Below, in pieces: positions 28,902-38,073 of a stretch of DNA of 41,187 nt. Every line of letters begins with the position of its first letter. Positions within the stretch are counted from its first letter, which is position 1. The notes below the pieces were generated by a model. It was not told where the DNA came from and did no database searches. It was given only the letters and a program-made list of their open reading frames with translations. The DNA comes from Opitutaceae bacterium (lineage in GTDB: Bacteria; Verrucomicrobiota; Verrucomicrobiia; Opitutales; Opitutaceae): contig JAISGL010000076.1 in assembly GCA_031263125.1 (NCBI GenBank), forward strand, positions 1 through 41,187. Direction: 5' to 3'. Made by a program: the position numbers and the translations under genes.

Positions 28902-30041
28902 TCACCGCCCCGCGCGCTCCACGCGGCGCAGCAGCCAGAGGCCCGCGACGATGAAGACGGCGTTCGGCAGCCAGATCAATAGCTCGGGGTGCAGGTCCGG
29001 GCGCTTGTCCAGCCAGCCCACCGCCACCGACATCACGTAATACACCACCACCAGCAACATCGCCATGCCGATGTTGGCTGATGATTCTTTGCGTTGCGTC
29101 CTTATCCCCAGCGGCACCGCCAGCAGCACAAACGAAAACACGCCCAGCGAAAACGTCAGCTTGTTGTGGATGGTGAGCGTGATTTTCAGGCGGTCGACAT
29201 CCGTGGATTCCGGGTCGGCGGCGAGCGCGGCGCGGCGGGCAAGCAGTTGGGGCAGGGTCAGCCATTCCGGTTTTTCCCGGAATCCGCGCCGGCCGAGGAA
29301 ATCGCCCAGGGGGATTTCGAGGGCCGTTTCCGTGCCGTCGATTTGCAGGATGTTGTTGTTGGGGGCGGGCGCGTCGGGGTCGGCTGCGCGGCGCGCTTCG
29401 ATGGTGCCGTTGAGGGGGAGGACGCGGAGCACGCCGGCTTCGAGGTCGAAGTCGATTTCCGCCGACGCGGCGTGGTAGATGTGCGTGGCGCGTTGCTGTC
29501 TGTCGAGCAGCCAGACCCAGAGGTTGTCGTGGCGCTTGCCGTCCTTTTTGTCGAAATAAACAACCGCGCCCGGTATCTCGCGCATGAAGGTGCGGGGCAC
29601 AAAGAAGTTTGCCGCGGTGTCGCGCAGCGCTTTTTCGAGTTCCACGTGATAGGCAATGCGCGAGCGGGGCATGAGGTAGAAGTTGATGCCGAGTTCGGCG
29701 GCGACGCCGAGCAGGGCGAGCGCGAAGACGGGGCGCGCGATGCGCGCGAGGCCGAGGCCGGAGGTGCGCATGGCGGTGATTTCGTTGTCCGCCGACATGC
29801 GTCCGAGCACGAGGAGCACGGCGAGGAGCATGCCGATGGGGACGGCGTAGGTGCCGACATATTGGGCCATGTCCCAGCAGAGGCGCAGGAAGAGGGAGAG
29901 GGGAATGCGTCCGTCGAGCAGGTACACGAGCACGTCCTTGAGGAGGTTGACCGCGCCGAAGACGAATCCGATGAACATGATCGCCGCCGTCGCCGTCGAG
30001 GCGATGGAGCGGGCGATGTAGGTGTCGAGGGTTTTGAACAT
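28902..30041 (-). CDS. lptF: LptF/LptG family LPS export permease
   Basis: MFKTLDTYIARS, LGRMSADNEITAMRTSG, LLAVPLGI, LIWLPN; 3+3 TM segments around a periplasmic domain. F versus G assignment is tentative. Confidence 0.85.
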   Translation of the reverse strand: MFKTLDTYIARSIASTATAAIMFIGFVFGAVNLLKDVLVYLLDGRIPLSLFLRLCWDMAQYVGTYAVPIGMLLAVLLVLGRMSADNEITAMRTSGLGLARIARPVFALALLGVAAELGINFYLMPRSRIAYHVELEKALRDTAANFFVPRTFMREIPGAVVYFDKKDGKRHDNLWVWLLDRQQRATHIYHAASAEIDFDLEAGVLRVLPLNGTIEARRAADPDAPAPNNNILQIDGTETALEIPLGDFLGRRGFREKPEWLTLPQLLARRAALAADPESTDVDRLKITLTIHNKLTFSLGVFSFVLLAVPLGIRTQRKESSANIGMAMLLVVVYYVMSVAVGWLDKRPDLHPELLIWLPNAVFIVAGLWLLRRVERAGR

Positions 30042-30145
30042 GTGGCCGGGTGGGAGGCGGTGGGTCGGAATCAGTGTCGTTTGGATGGTGTGTTTTTTCA
30101 GTCGCGAATGGACGCGGCACGGCATGGCCACAACCAAAGAAACAG

Positions 30146-30361
30146 GCTCAAACCAACAATCCGATTGCCACAAAAAACGCAAAAAGGGCGTTGCGTGCTT
30201 TTGGTCATCAAGCGAGCGCCTATAGGCGCTGCGGTTTCCTTGTCTGCAAAATCATGTTTTGCCGGAAACGGGTTCGCGGCGCTTATAAGCGCCAGGGAGA
30301 CATCCGTATGCGAGGTGGCGTTTTGTGTGTGTTTTGTGGCAATTGGTTTGTTGGTTTGAGC
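30146..30361. repeat. Element bounded by ~40-bp imperfect inverted repeats
   Basis: gctcaaaccaacaatccgattgccacaaaa ... ttttgtggcaattggtttgttggtttgagc; no TSD seen. Confidence 0.7.
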
Positions 30362-30478
30362 GGGTCGCGGCATAGGGAAATCGTGCGCAAAAAAACAATC
30401 CTTGAGGGTGGTGGCGCGAATGTCACGCGGAAGAGTTTTGTTTGGCAGGGTGGTCTCGCCGGGGGCGCCCTGCCAGGG

Positions 30479-32923
30479 TCAGAATAATTCGCCTTGCGCG
30501 GCGGGGGGGCGAGGGAGTTCGGCGCCGAGGAAGACACCGTAGCGTTCCAGCCAGTCGTCGAGTTTGGCGGCGTAATACTCCGGGTCATAGGGCGCGGGGG
30601 GGGAAAGGGCTGAAGGACTGAAGGGCTGAAGGGCTGAAGGATGGAGGGGGGCGGAGGCGGGAGCGGGAGCGGGGGGGGCGAGGGGGCGGGCGCGCTGCCA
30701 GTCGGCGGTTTTGCCTTTGGTCTTGGGGGTGATGTAGTAGGTGACGCGGTCGCCCATGCGGGGGCGGGGGGTCATGCTGAGCGCGACTTCGGCGGTGGCG
30801 CGGCGGGGCTTGCCGCCTTCGGCGATGTGGCGTTCGTAGGTTTCGGGTTTTTGGGTGAGGGTTTCGGTTTTCGCGAGTTCGGCGAGGGGCATGGCGCCTT
30901 CGGCGATGCGGCGGCGGTATTCGTCGAGGAGCGCGAGGGGCGGGAGGGGCGTCGCGATGCCGAGGAGGTGGTGGATGAGAGTGTCGGTAAGTTTTTTGAG
31001 GTAGGGTTCGATGCCGCGCGAACGGAGCGCGGAGCCGCGGATGATGATCCGGGGGGGGAGGCCGTCCGCGGGCGGGGGATCGAGGAGGGCGTAGTTTTTG
31101 GATTTGTAGCAGAACATGGCGGCGTGGGTGCCGTCGTGTTCGAGGTCGATGCCGGGGGGGAGGGCGGCTTGGGCTTTGGCGAGGAGGGCGGCGGGGGAGG
31201 CGGGGTGTTTTTCGGTGGAGAGGTAGATGCCGTCGGTGTCGGCTTCGAGGATGTCGCAGCCTTCGGCGGCGAGGGTGTCGATGAGGGTTTGGAGGAGGGC
31301 GCGTCCGCGGCGGGTGACTTCGGCGGCGAGGGCGCCGTCGCCAAAACGGGCGCCGGAGAAGCCGAGGTAGCCGTAGAAGGAGTTGATGAGGATTTTGTAG
31401 GTGGCCTGGCGGGCTTGATACGCGGCGCGGAGGTGCGGGGCGGGGGTGGCGCGGGCGAGTTGTTTGTATTTGAGGCGGTAGTCGCGGAGGCGGCGGAGCA
31501 TGGGAATGAAGACGCCGAGGGTGTCGCCGGCGGGGTTGCGGCCGATGGCGAGGAGGAGGCTTGGGTAGAGGGAGGCGACGTCGAAGTGGAGGATGTTTTT
31601 GTAGACGCCGGCCTTGAAGGAGCGGGTGTAGCCGCCGGCGAAGGGGGGTGTCTCGGCGGGGGCGGGGCAGGACTGGCGGGCGTGGTAGTAGGCTTCGAGG
31701 AAGAGGAGGTCGATTTTCACGGTGGCGCCGCGGAGGGTGGCGTCCTGGAGGAGGATGGGGAAGGTGCGTGTTTGTTCGCAGTAGGTGGGGAGGAGGAGGT
31801 CGGCGAGACCTTTGGTTTCGCGGAGGTCGTCGCCGAGGTAGGCGGTGAAGGCGGCGCGGTTTTCGCGGTAGGCGGTGTGGATTTTGGAGCCTTCGATGTA
31901 GGTGCGGGCGCCGGTGCTGGCGGCGTCGGGGGGGGTGATGCCGAGGTGGAGGGCGCTGTTTTTGAGGCTGTAGCTGGTCATTTCGCGGGTGGTGATGTCG
32001 TGGAGTTGGACGAGCATGTAGGTGTCGATGATGGCACGGCCGGGGAGGTCGCAGCGTGGGAAGTCGAGCCAGCGTTCCGCGATTTTGAGGCGTGAGTTGC
32101 GGAAGGTGGCGTGCTGGCCGAAGCGGCCCCAAGCGCAGGGGACTTTGTGGCGTCGGGCGCGTTGGCGGAGGTAGTCGAGGTCGAATTTGAAGATGTTGTG
32201 GCCTTCGATGGTGTCGGGGTCTTCGGTGGCGAGGATTGTGTTGAGTTGTTCGAGGAGTTTTTTTTCGGCGGCGTCGGTTTGCTCTTCGAGGATGAGGAGG
32301 TGGCGCGTGGAAAGGGCTGAAGGGCTGAAGGGCTGAAGAGCTGAAGGTTGGGGGGCGGAAGCGGCGGGGGGGGCGGGGGTGGTGAATTGGAGGCCGATGG
32401 CGAGTATGTGGTCGTTGGGGTTGGCGGCGTTGCTGAAGATGGCTTCGCCGGCGGAGGCGGTTTCGATGTCGAGCTGGCAGCGGCGGAGTTGGTGGAAGGC
32501 GAGTTCGCCGAAGAGTCGCTGGCGCGTTTGGAGCAGGAACTGGTTTTCGTACGGGCGAAGGATGTCGGCGGTGGATGGCAGCGCTTCGCAGGCGGCAGGT
32601 GTGTCCGCGTGGGCGAGGCGCGTGAAGGCGCCGGGGCCGTTGAGTGTTTCGATTTGGATGCCGGCAGGGGCAGCGGGGGCGGCGGCGGGGGCGGGAGGCG
32701 CGGCGAGGGCGGTGGGGGTGGCGGGAGCGGGAGGCGGCAGCCAGGCGAAGGGGCGGAATGGGGCGGTTTGCGTGGTGCGAGAGCCGTCGGGCGCGGCGAG
32801 GGAGAGGTGCGCGACACCGGCGGCGTCGACCCAGAGGCCGCAAATGGCGGGGGAGGCGGGGACAGGGGCGGCGAGGGAGGAGGAGGCGGCGGCGAGGGAG
32901 GCGGGTGATGTTTTTTCGGACAT
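30479..32923 (-). CDS. Family B DNA polymerase with 3'-5' exonuclease domain
   Basis: ExoI LDIET, ExoII GHNIFKFDLDYL, motif A HFDVASLYPS, motif B KILINSFYGY, motif C ADTDG. Confidence 0.92.
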   Translation of the reverse strand: MSEKTSPASLAAASSSLAAPVPASPAICGLWVDAAGVAHLSLAAPDGSRTTQTAPFRPFAWLPPPAPATPTALAAPPAPAAAPAAPAGIQIETLNGPGAFTRLAHADTPAACEALPSTADILRPYENQFLLQTRQRLFGELAFHQLRRCQLDIETASAGEAIFSNAANPNDHILAIGLQFTTPAPPAASAPQPSALQPFSPSALSTRHLLILEEQTDAAEKKLLEQLNTILATEDPDTIEGHNIFKFDLDYLRQRARRHKVPCAWGRFGQHATFRNSRLKIAERWLDFPRCDLPGRAIIDTYMLVQLHDITTREMTSYSLKNSALHLGITPPDAASTGARTYIEGSKIHTAYRENRAAFTAYLGDDLRETKGLADLLLPTYCEQTRTFPILLQDATLRGATVKIDLLFLEAYYHARQSCPAPAETPPFAGGYTRSFKAGVYKNILHFDVASLYPSLLLAIGRNPAGDTLGVFIPMLRRLRDYRLKYKQLARATPAPHLRAAYQARQATYKILINSFYGYLGFSGARFGDGALAAEVTRRGRALLQTLIDTLAAEGCDILEADTDGIYLSTEKHPASPAALLAKAQAALPPGIDLEHDGTHAAMFCYKSKNYALLDPPPADGLPPRIIIRGSALRSRGIEPYLKKLTDTLIHHLLGIATPLPPLALLDEYRRRIAEGAMPLAELAKTETLTQKPETYERHIAEGGKPRRATAEVALSMTPRPRMGDRVTYYITPKTKGKTADWQRARPLAPPAPAPASAPLHPSALQPFSPSALSPPAPYDPEYYAAKLDDWLERYGVFLGAELPRPPAAQGELF

Positions 32924-33092
32924 GGGGTACTGTATGCGCGAAATGTGGGCGCGGGTCAACGCAGGGCGTGAAAGGAGGGCGTGGCGGACGGAGCGGACTG
33001 ATCAGACAGAGCAGGCTGGCAAGCCAGGCGAACTGGGCAGGCCGGACAGGCAGGCCCTGCGCGCACAGGCTCTACGCGCTGCGTGATGGCAG

Positions 33093-34460
33093 TTACCGGA
33101 GTTGGGGGGCGGTGAGCGGGGTGCCGACGATGAGGAGGCCGCAGAGGTGGAGGCCGTGGGGGGCGTAGGGGGTTTCGTCGGTGATGGGATTTCCGGCTTT
33201 TGCCATGATCGCGGCTTTGTCGATTTTGTCCGGGAGGAGTTCGAGGCGTACGTGGTGTTCGGTGTCTTCGAGCGGTTTTGCATGGAACCAGGGTCTCAGC
33301 GGGTGGCGGCCGGGGGTGGAAAAGGTGTCGAAGAGTGTGCTGGTTTCGACTTCCTGGCCGTCGATTGTGCAGCGGAATTTTCCGTTGTCGGAGCCTTTCA
33401 GTCCAATGATGCCGAGGCGCGTGCCTTTGAAGGCAAATTCGACCGTGGCGCCGGGCGTGAAGGTGGTCCAGATTGGCGGGGCCATCCGGCCGGCCTGGCG
33501 GGCCACGGTGTCGGTGGCGGGGAGCTGGCGCCATGCGTTGGTTTTGGCGCCGGGGGAGGGCAGGATGAGTTTTGCGTGTTGCCAGTTGTCGTCGCGAAGG
33601 GGCGGGGGGAGGGCGGCGGCGGTTGTCGCGGGGGCGCTGGTTTTGATGAGCACGGGGAGCGCGCGTTCGAGCGTGAGGGCGTAGATGCGGTGGCCGGCGT
33701 CGGTCGGGTGCGTTTTGTCGCGCGTGAAAATGATTCGTCCTTCGGCGTCCTTGCCGTCGGCGTCGGCTTTCACCGATGGCGGCGCCGAGAAAACCAGCGT
33801 GTTTGCGGTGACGCGGCGCAAGACTTCGACTCCAAGGTGTATCGTGGGGATGTCGTAATGCGCGGCGACTTTTTCCATCGCAGCCGCGCTTTGCTGGTAT
33901 TGGCCGGACTTGAGCGCGGTGAGATGCGGTTCGGAAAGTGTGTAGACAAAGCAGATGTCGATTCCGGGGTTTGCGGTGCGCGTCTGGCGGACGATGCCTT
34001 CCATCTGGGCCTCGATGTTCGCGGACGGAACGCCGCTGTCGTTGACGGCGAATTCGACAAGGAGGAGGTCCGGGGTTTTGTCGAGGACGTCGCGTTGCAG
34101 GCGGCAGGCTCCGTAGTCGGAGCCGGTGCCGGAGACGGCGGCGTAGATTTCGGTGAACATGGCGCCCGGAAAGGCGCGGCGCAGGATGCCGAGCGTGTGC
34201 ACGCGCCAGCCGTTGGCCGCGGTGATGCTGCCGCCGAGAAATGCCACGCGCACCTCGCGCTTTGAATTGATTTTTGCGGCGACGCGCGGAAGGGCGCCGC
34301 GGGAATTAAGTTCGGGCGGCTCCGGGGGAAAGGGCTGAAGGGCTGAAGAGCTGAAGGGCTGAAGGGGGGAAGAGCTGAAGAGCCGAAGGGCTGAAGGGCT
34401 GAAGGCGGAGAGAGTGAGGGCGGAGAGGAGGGTGGCGAGGAGTGTGCGTGTGTGTTTCAT
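33093..34460 (-). CDS. Secreted SGNH/GDSL hydrolase (putative carbohydrate esterase)
   Basis: FLGGSIT, VSGTGS, VEFAVND, DKTHPT..GH; signal peptide. Confidence 0.9.
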   Translation of the reverse strand: MKHTRTLLATLLSALTLSAFSPSALRLFSSSPLQPFSSSALQPFPPEPPELNSRGALPRVAAKINSKREVRVAFLGGSITAANGWRVHTLGILRRAFPGAMFTEIYAAVSGTGSDYGACRLQRDVLDKTPDLLLVEFAVNDSGVPSANIEAQMEGIVRQTRTANPGIDICFVYTLSEPHLTALKSGQYQQSAAAMEKVAAHYDIPTIHLGVEVLRRVTANTLVFSAPPSVKADADGKDAEGRIIFTRDKTHPTDAGHRIYALTLERALPVLIKTSAPATTAAALPPPLRDDNWQHAKLILPSPGAKTNAWRQLPATDTVARQAGRMAPPIWTTFTPGATVEFAFKGTRLGIIGLKGSDNGKFRCTIDGQEVETSTLFDTFSTPGRHPLRPWFHAKPLEDTEHHVRLELLPDKIDKAAIMAKAGNPITDETPYAPHGLHLCGLLIVGTPLTAPQLR

Positions 34461-34541
34461 GGTGGTGAAGGTGTGCTGTGTTGTGTGGTGTGGCGTGAGG
34501 TGAGGTGTGGTGAGGTGTGGTGTGGTGTGGTGTGAGGTGTG

Positions 34542-36134
34542 TTATTCGGGCAAAACGCTGCTGAAGCTCGTGCCGTGCCGGAAGGCGCCCGGGTGGATTT
34601 CGCCGGCGGTGGCCGTGTTCTCCACGCGGAGGGAGACGGCGACGCCGTAGGCGAGGCGCTTTTGGTTGATGTGCCAGCCGTTGGTCAGGCTTGTGCTGCC
34701 GGCGGGTGTCATGTTGGCGTAGAAAAAGGGTTCGCCGGCGGGCGGCGGCTGGTCGAGCGGAAAGGCGCAGGCACTGATCGCCGGGTTGTCAGAGCCGCGG
34801 CGCGGGGTGATGCGAGCGACGAGGAGATAATCGGTGTCGTCCTTGAAGAAGGGCGTTTTTTGTTCGCGGGCGGGCCAGGCGGTACTGGTGCTCGCGGGCG
34901 ACCAGTCGCTGCCGATGGAGGCGAAGAGGTGGTTGCCGGCGGTGACGCCGAGCGTGGCGACGGGTTTGCCGTCGTTGTCGAGAAGGAGCACGCGCGGGGC
35001 GGCGCCGGCGGTTTTGCGGAGTGTGACGCTGATGTAGGCGGGGGCGCGGTCGTAGACGCTGATCGGGCGCGAGAGCGCGACGGCGGCGGCGGTTTGCAGG
35101 GCGGCGACTTGTATTGGTTTTTTGGATACGAGGTGCGAAGGTTTGTAGGCGCGGACGTAATCGACGGCCATGAATGTGCCGTCGGCGGCGTCGGTGAAGG
35201 GCGTCCATTTTTCGCCCCAGGGGAGGTTGGAGAAAACGATGTTCATGCGGTCGCCATTGTAGCCGCCGAGGTAGCTCCAGTCGGGCTGGCCGTGGCGGCC
35301 GTAGGCGGATTTTTCGCGGTCGGTGGGAAATTGTTTGAGTTTGCCGGCGCCGGTGCGCCATTGGTCGCGGTGTATGTTGTGGTGTTCGCCGCGCCAGCAT
35401 TCGACGCCGTCGAGATAGTAGATTTGTTCGGTTTCGCCGAGCCACATGCCCCAGGTGTGGTAGTCGTCGAAGGTGTGCCGCGCGATCTGGCCCTGGGCGA
35501 TGTCGACGGGTTTGCCTTTGTCGTCTTTCGCGTAGGAAAAGGTTTTCCAGTCGTGCCAGGCTGGTCCGCCGTAGCCGTTGAGCGCGCCGGGGACATCGGG
35601 GACACGCACGTCTTTGCGGGCCTCGACGATGTCGACTTCGTAGCGGTCGCGGATGCCGTCCTTGCCGGGGGCGCTGATGCTCGCCAGCCAGAAGGCGTTG
35701 TTCACGCCGGGGCACTGGCCGGATTTGAAACGCGCCTCGTAGTAGGTGTTGGGGCCAAAGGTCTCGCGGGTGTAAACGTAGCCGGAGGTCCAGTTGACGG
35801 TGCGTTTGCCGAAGGCGCGCGTTTCCTTGCGGACGTGCAGGAGGAGTTCGCCGTCGCGGACTTCGAGGTTGCCGGGGCCGCGCGCGGTGTCGTTTCTGAT
35901 GGCAACGTCGTAGGCTTGCGAAACCCACACGCGGTCGTCGAGTTTCGGGCCGTCGAAGTCGTCGGAAAAGATGAGCGTGAAATCGTGGCCGAGCGCGGAC
36001 GGCGGGGAGGAAAGGGCTGAAGGACTGAAGGGCTGAAGGGCTGAAAGGAGGGCGAGTGCGGCGGTGGCGGTGACGGTGACGGGGAGCGTGGGTTTCATGG
36101 TGGGGAAGGCGTTTGTTGTGGGTGTGGGTTTCAT
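34542..36134 (-). CDS. Secreted glycoside hydrolase family 16 protein
   Basis: FSDDFDG, WTSG, YYEARFK, AFWL, catalytic EVDIVE, VDYVRAY; alternative start at 36098. Confidence 0.85.
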   Translation of the reverse strand: MKPTPTTNAFPTMKPTLPVTVTATAALALLSALQPFSPSALSSPPSALGHDFTLIFSDDFDGPKLDDRVWVSQAYDVAIRNDTARGPGNLEVRDGELLLHVRKETRAFGKRTVNWTSGYVYTRETFGPNTYYEARFKSGQCPGVNNAFWLASISAPGKDGIRDRYEVDIVEARKDVRVPDVPGALNGYGGPAWHDWKTFSYAKDDKGKPVDIAQGQIARHTFDDYHTWGMWLGETEQIYYLDGVECWRGEHHNIHRDQWRTGAGKLKQFPTDREKSAYGRHGQPDWSYLGGYNGDRMNIVFSNLPWGEKWTPFTDAADGTFMAVDYVRAYKPSHLVSKKPIQVAALQTAAAVALSRPISVYDRAPAYISVTLRKTAGAAPRVLLLDNDGKPVATLGVTAGNHLFASIGSDWSPASTSTAWPAREQKTPFFKDDTDYLLVARITPRRGSDNPAISACAFPLDQPPPAGEPFFYANMTPAGSTSLTNGWHINQKRLAYGVAVSLRVENTATAGEIHPGAFRHGTSFSSVLPE

Positions 36135-36146
36135 GGTGAAAAGGTG

Positions 36147-38021
36147 TCAGTCGTGGGCGGGGGTTTGCCAGGTGGTGGTTTTGAGTTCGCGGGCGACGTG
36201 GTGGTAGAGGGCGCGGGGGGTGTGGGTTTCATCGACGAGGCCCCAGCGGCGGTAGCCGTCGAGGCCGGTGCCGGGGTAGCGGCTTGGGTAGTCGTTGAAC
36301 GACCAGAACGAGAAGCCGCATATCCATGGGCGCGCACGCACGATGGCGAACATTTTGTCGAAATGAGCGAGGCGCTCCTGTTCGTTTTTCACGCGGTCGG
36401 CGCGCAGGCCAAATTCGGTGATGAGCACGGGCTTGCCGGGCCACGTTTCATGCACGGGGTCGATGAAGGCGGGGACGTCCTCCGGTTTGAAATAGATGTT
36501 GGCGCAGATGAAATCCACGTGGTGCATGCTGAATGTTTCGGCGGGTTGTTGTTTTTCGCGGAGGATGCGCAGCGGCGTTCCCAGGGCGGCGAAGGTGACG
36601 GGGCGCGTGGTGTCGAGCGTCTTGACGAAGGCGAACATTTGTTTTGTCCATGCGACGCCTTCGGGGAGCCACGATTCGTATTCGTTGCCGATGCTCCAGC
36701 CGACGACGCTGGGGTGATTCCATGTCTCGCGGATGAACGCGCCCATGCCGGCTTGGAAGCGCGCCTGGATTTCGGGGCGGGCGAGGTCGGTGGCGTACGC
36801 ACCCCAGAACGGATATTCGATGATGATGAGCATGCCGTTGCGGTCGGCCCAATCGAGCGCGCGTGTGCTGACCGGATAATGCTGGAGGCGCGCGAAGAGC
36901 AGGCCCGCGTCTTTCATGAGCCGGAGGCTTTGCGCGACGGCTTCGGGCGGCACGATGCCGTCGAGGGTTTTGTTTTCGCGCGTGCGGTTTGCGCCGGCGA
37001 GGCGGACGGGGTCGCCGTTGAGGAGGAATTGTCCGCCGGCGACGCGGATGTCGCGGATGCCAAAGGCGGCGGTGTGCGTGTGCGTGCCGGCTGGCGTGTG
37101 CGTGCTGGCTGGCGTGTGCGTGCCGGTGTGCGTGCTGGCTGGCGTGCGGACGGTGACGCGGCTTTCGTAGAGTTTGCGGCTGGCAAGCGTCCAGCGGGTG
37201 ATGTTGTGGAGATCGAACGTGGCGGCGGGAGCGTTGTCCGCGAGGGCATTGTCGCGGGTTTGCGAGGCGACTGGGGTTCCGGGATTTTCCGGGTCGATGA
37301 TGTCGATGGTGATGGCGGCGTTTTGGGGGAGGACGCCGTGAGCCAGGGTGATGGTGATGGTGACGCGGGCGGTATCGGGGCCGGTGAGAATGGTTTCGAT
37401 TTTTTGCCGGTCAACGCGCGCGGCGGGGAGGGATTCGAGGGTGATCGGGCCGAGGAGTCCGCCGTAGTTGAGCCACGGATACAGTTGGTCGCCGGGGCGT
37501 TTGCCGGTGCGCGCGCCGGGGATCGTGGTGGTGTCCCATGAATTGTCCACGGCAATGGCGACGTGGTTTTGTCTGCCCGGCTCGATGGCGGAGGTGACGT
37601 CGATTGCGACGGGGATTCCGACACTGTCGTGGGCGCCGAGGTCGTGTCCGTTTATCCAGAGATGAAAACGTTCGCCGACGGCCCCGAAGGTGAGCCGCCA
37701 TTCGGTTTCGCCGGGCGCGGGCGCGACGGGGACGAAGGAGCGGCGATACCACATGATGCCGGTGTATTCGCCGAAGCGGGCGTCGGTTGTCCAGCAGTGC
37801 GGCGCGGGGACGGCGTCCCAGCCGTCGGCGGGGGCGGGTTTGGCGCGGTCCCAGTTTGCGGGCGGTTTGTGCCAGTCGAGGGATTCGCCGCGGCGCATGG
37901 GGTCCATGGCGAGGTGCCAGCCGGCGCCGTCCAGGGATTGGGCGCCGGCTGCCGCCGAAAGCAGGAAGACAGGGGACAAAACAAGGAGCGTTGCAATGAG
38001 GAGAAGACGCGAGCGTGTCAT
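36147..38021 (-). CDS. Glycoside hydrolase family 2 (beta-glucuronidase/galactosidase-like)
   Basis: YTGIMWYRR, NYGGL, FGIR, R..HYP, NHPSVVGWSIGNE (acid/base), ITEFG (nucleophile), WSFNDY; TPASTH 18-bp repeat at 37072-37148. Confidence 0.9.
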   Translation of the reverse strand: MTRSRLLLIATLLVLSPVFLLSAAAGAQSLDGAGWHLAMDPMRRGESLDWHKPPANWDRAKPAPADGWDAVPAPHCWTTDARFGEYTGIMWYRRSFVPVAPAPGETEWRLTFGAVGERFHLWINGHDLGAHDSVGIPVAIDVTSAIEPGRQNHVAIAVDNSWDTTTIPGARTGKRPGDQLYPWLNYGGLLGPITLESLPAARVDRQKIETILTGPDTARVTITITLAHGVLPQNAAITIDIIDPENPGTPVASQTRDNALADNAPAATFDLHNITRWTLASRKLYESRVTVRTPASTHTGTHTPASTHTPAGTHTHTAAFGIRDIRVAGGQFLLNGDPVRLAGANRTRENKTLDGIVPPEAVAQSLRLMKDAGLLFARLQHYPVSTRALDWADRNGMLIIIEYPFWGAYATDLARPEIQARFQAGMGAFIRETWNHPSVVGWSIGNEYESWLPEGVAWTKQMFAFVKTLDTTRPVTFAALGTPLRILREKQQPAETFSMHHVDFICANIYFKPEDVPAFIDPVHETWPGKPVLITEFGLRADRVKNEQERLAHFDKMFAIVRARPWICGFSFWSFNDYPSRYPGTGLDGYRRWGLVDETHTPRALYHHVARELKTTTWQTPAHD

Positions 38022-38073
38022 GGCGGTGTTGAAAAATGCGCGGTGTTGAAAACGGGCGGTGTTGAAAAAGGGA

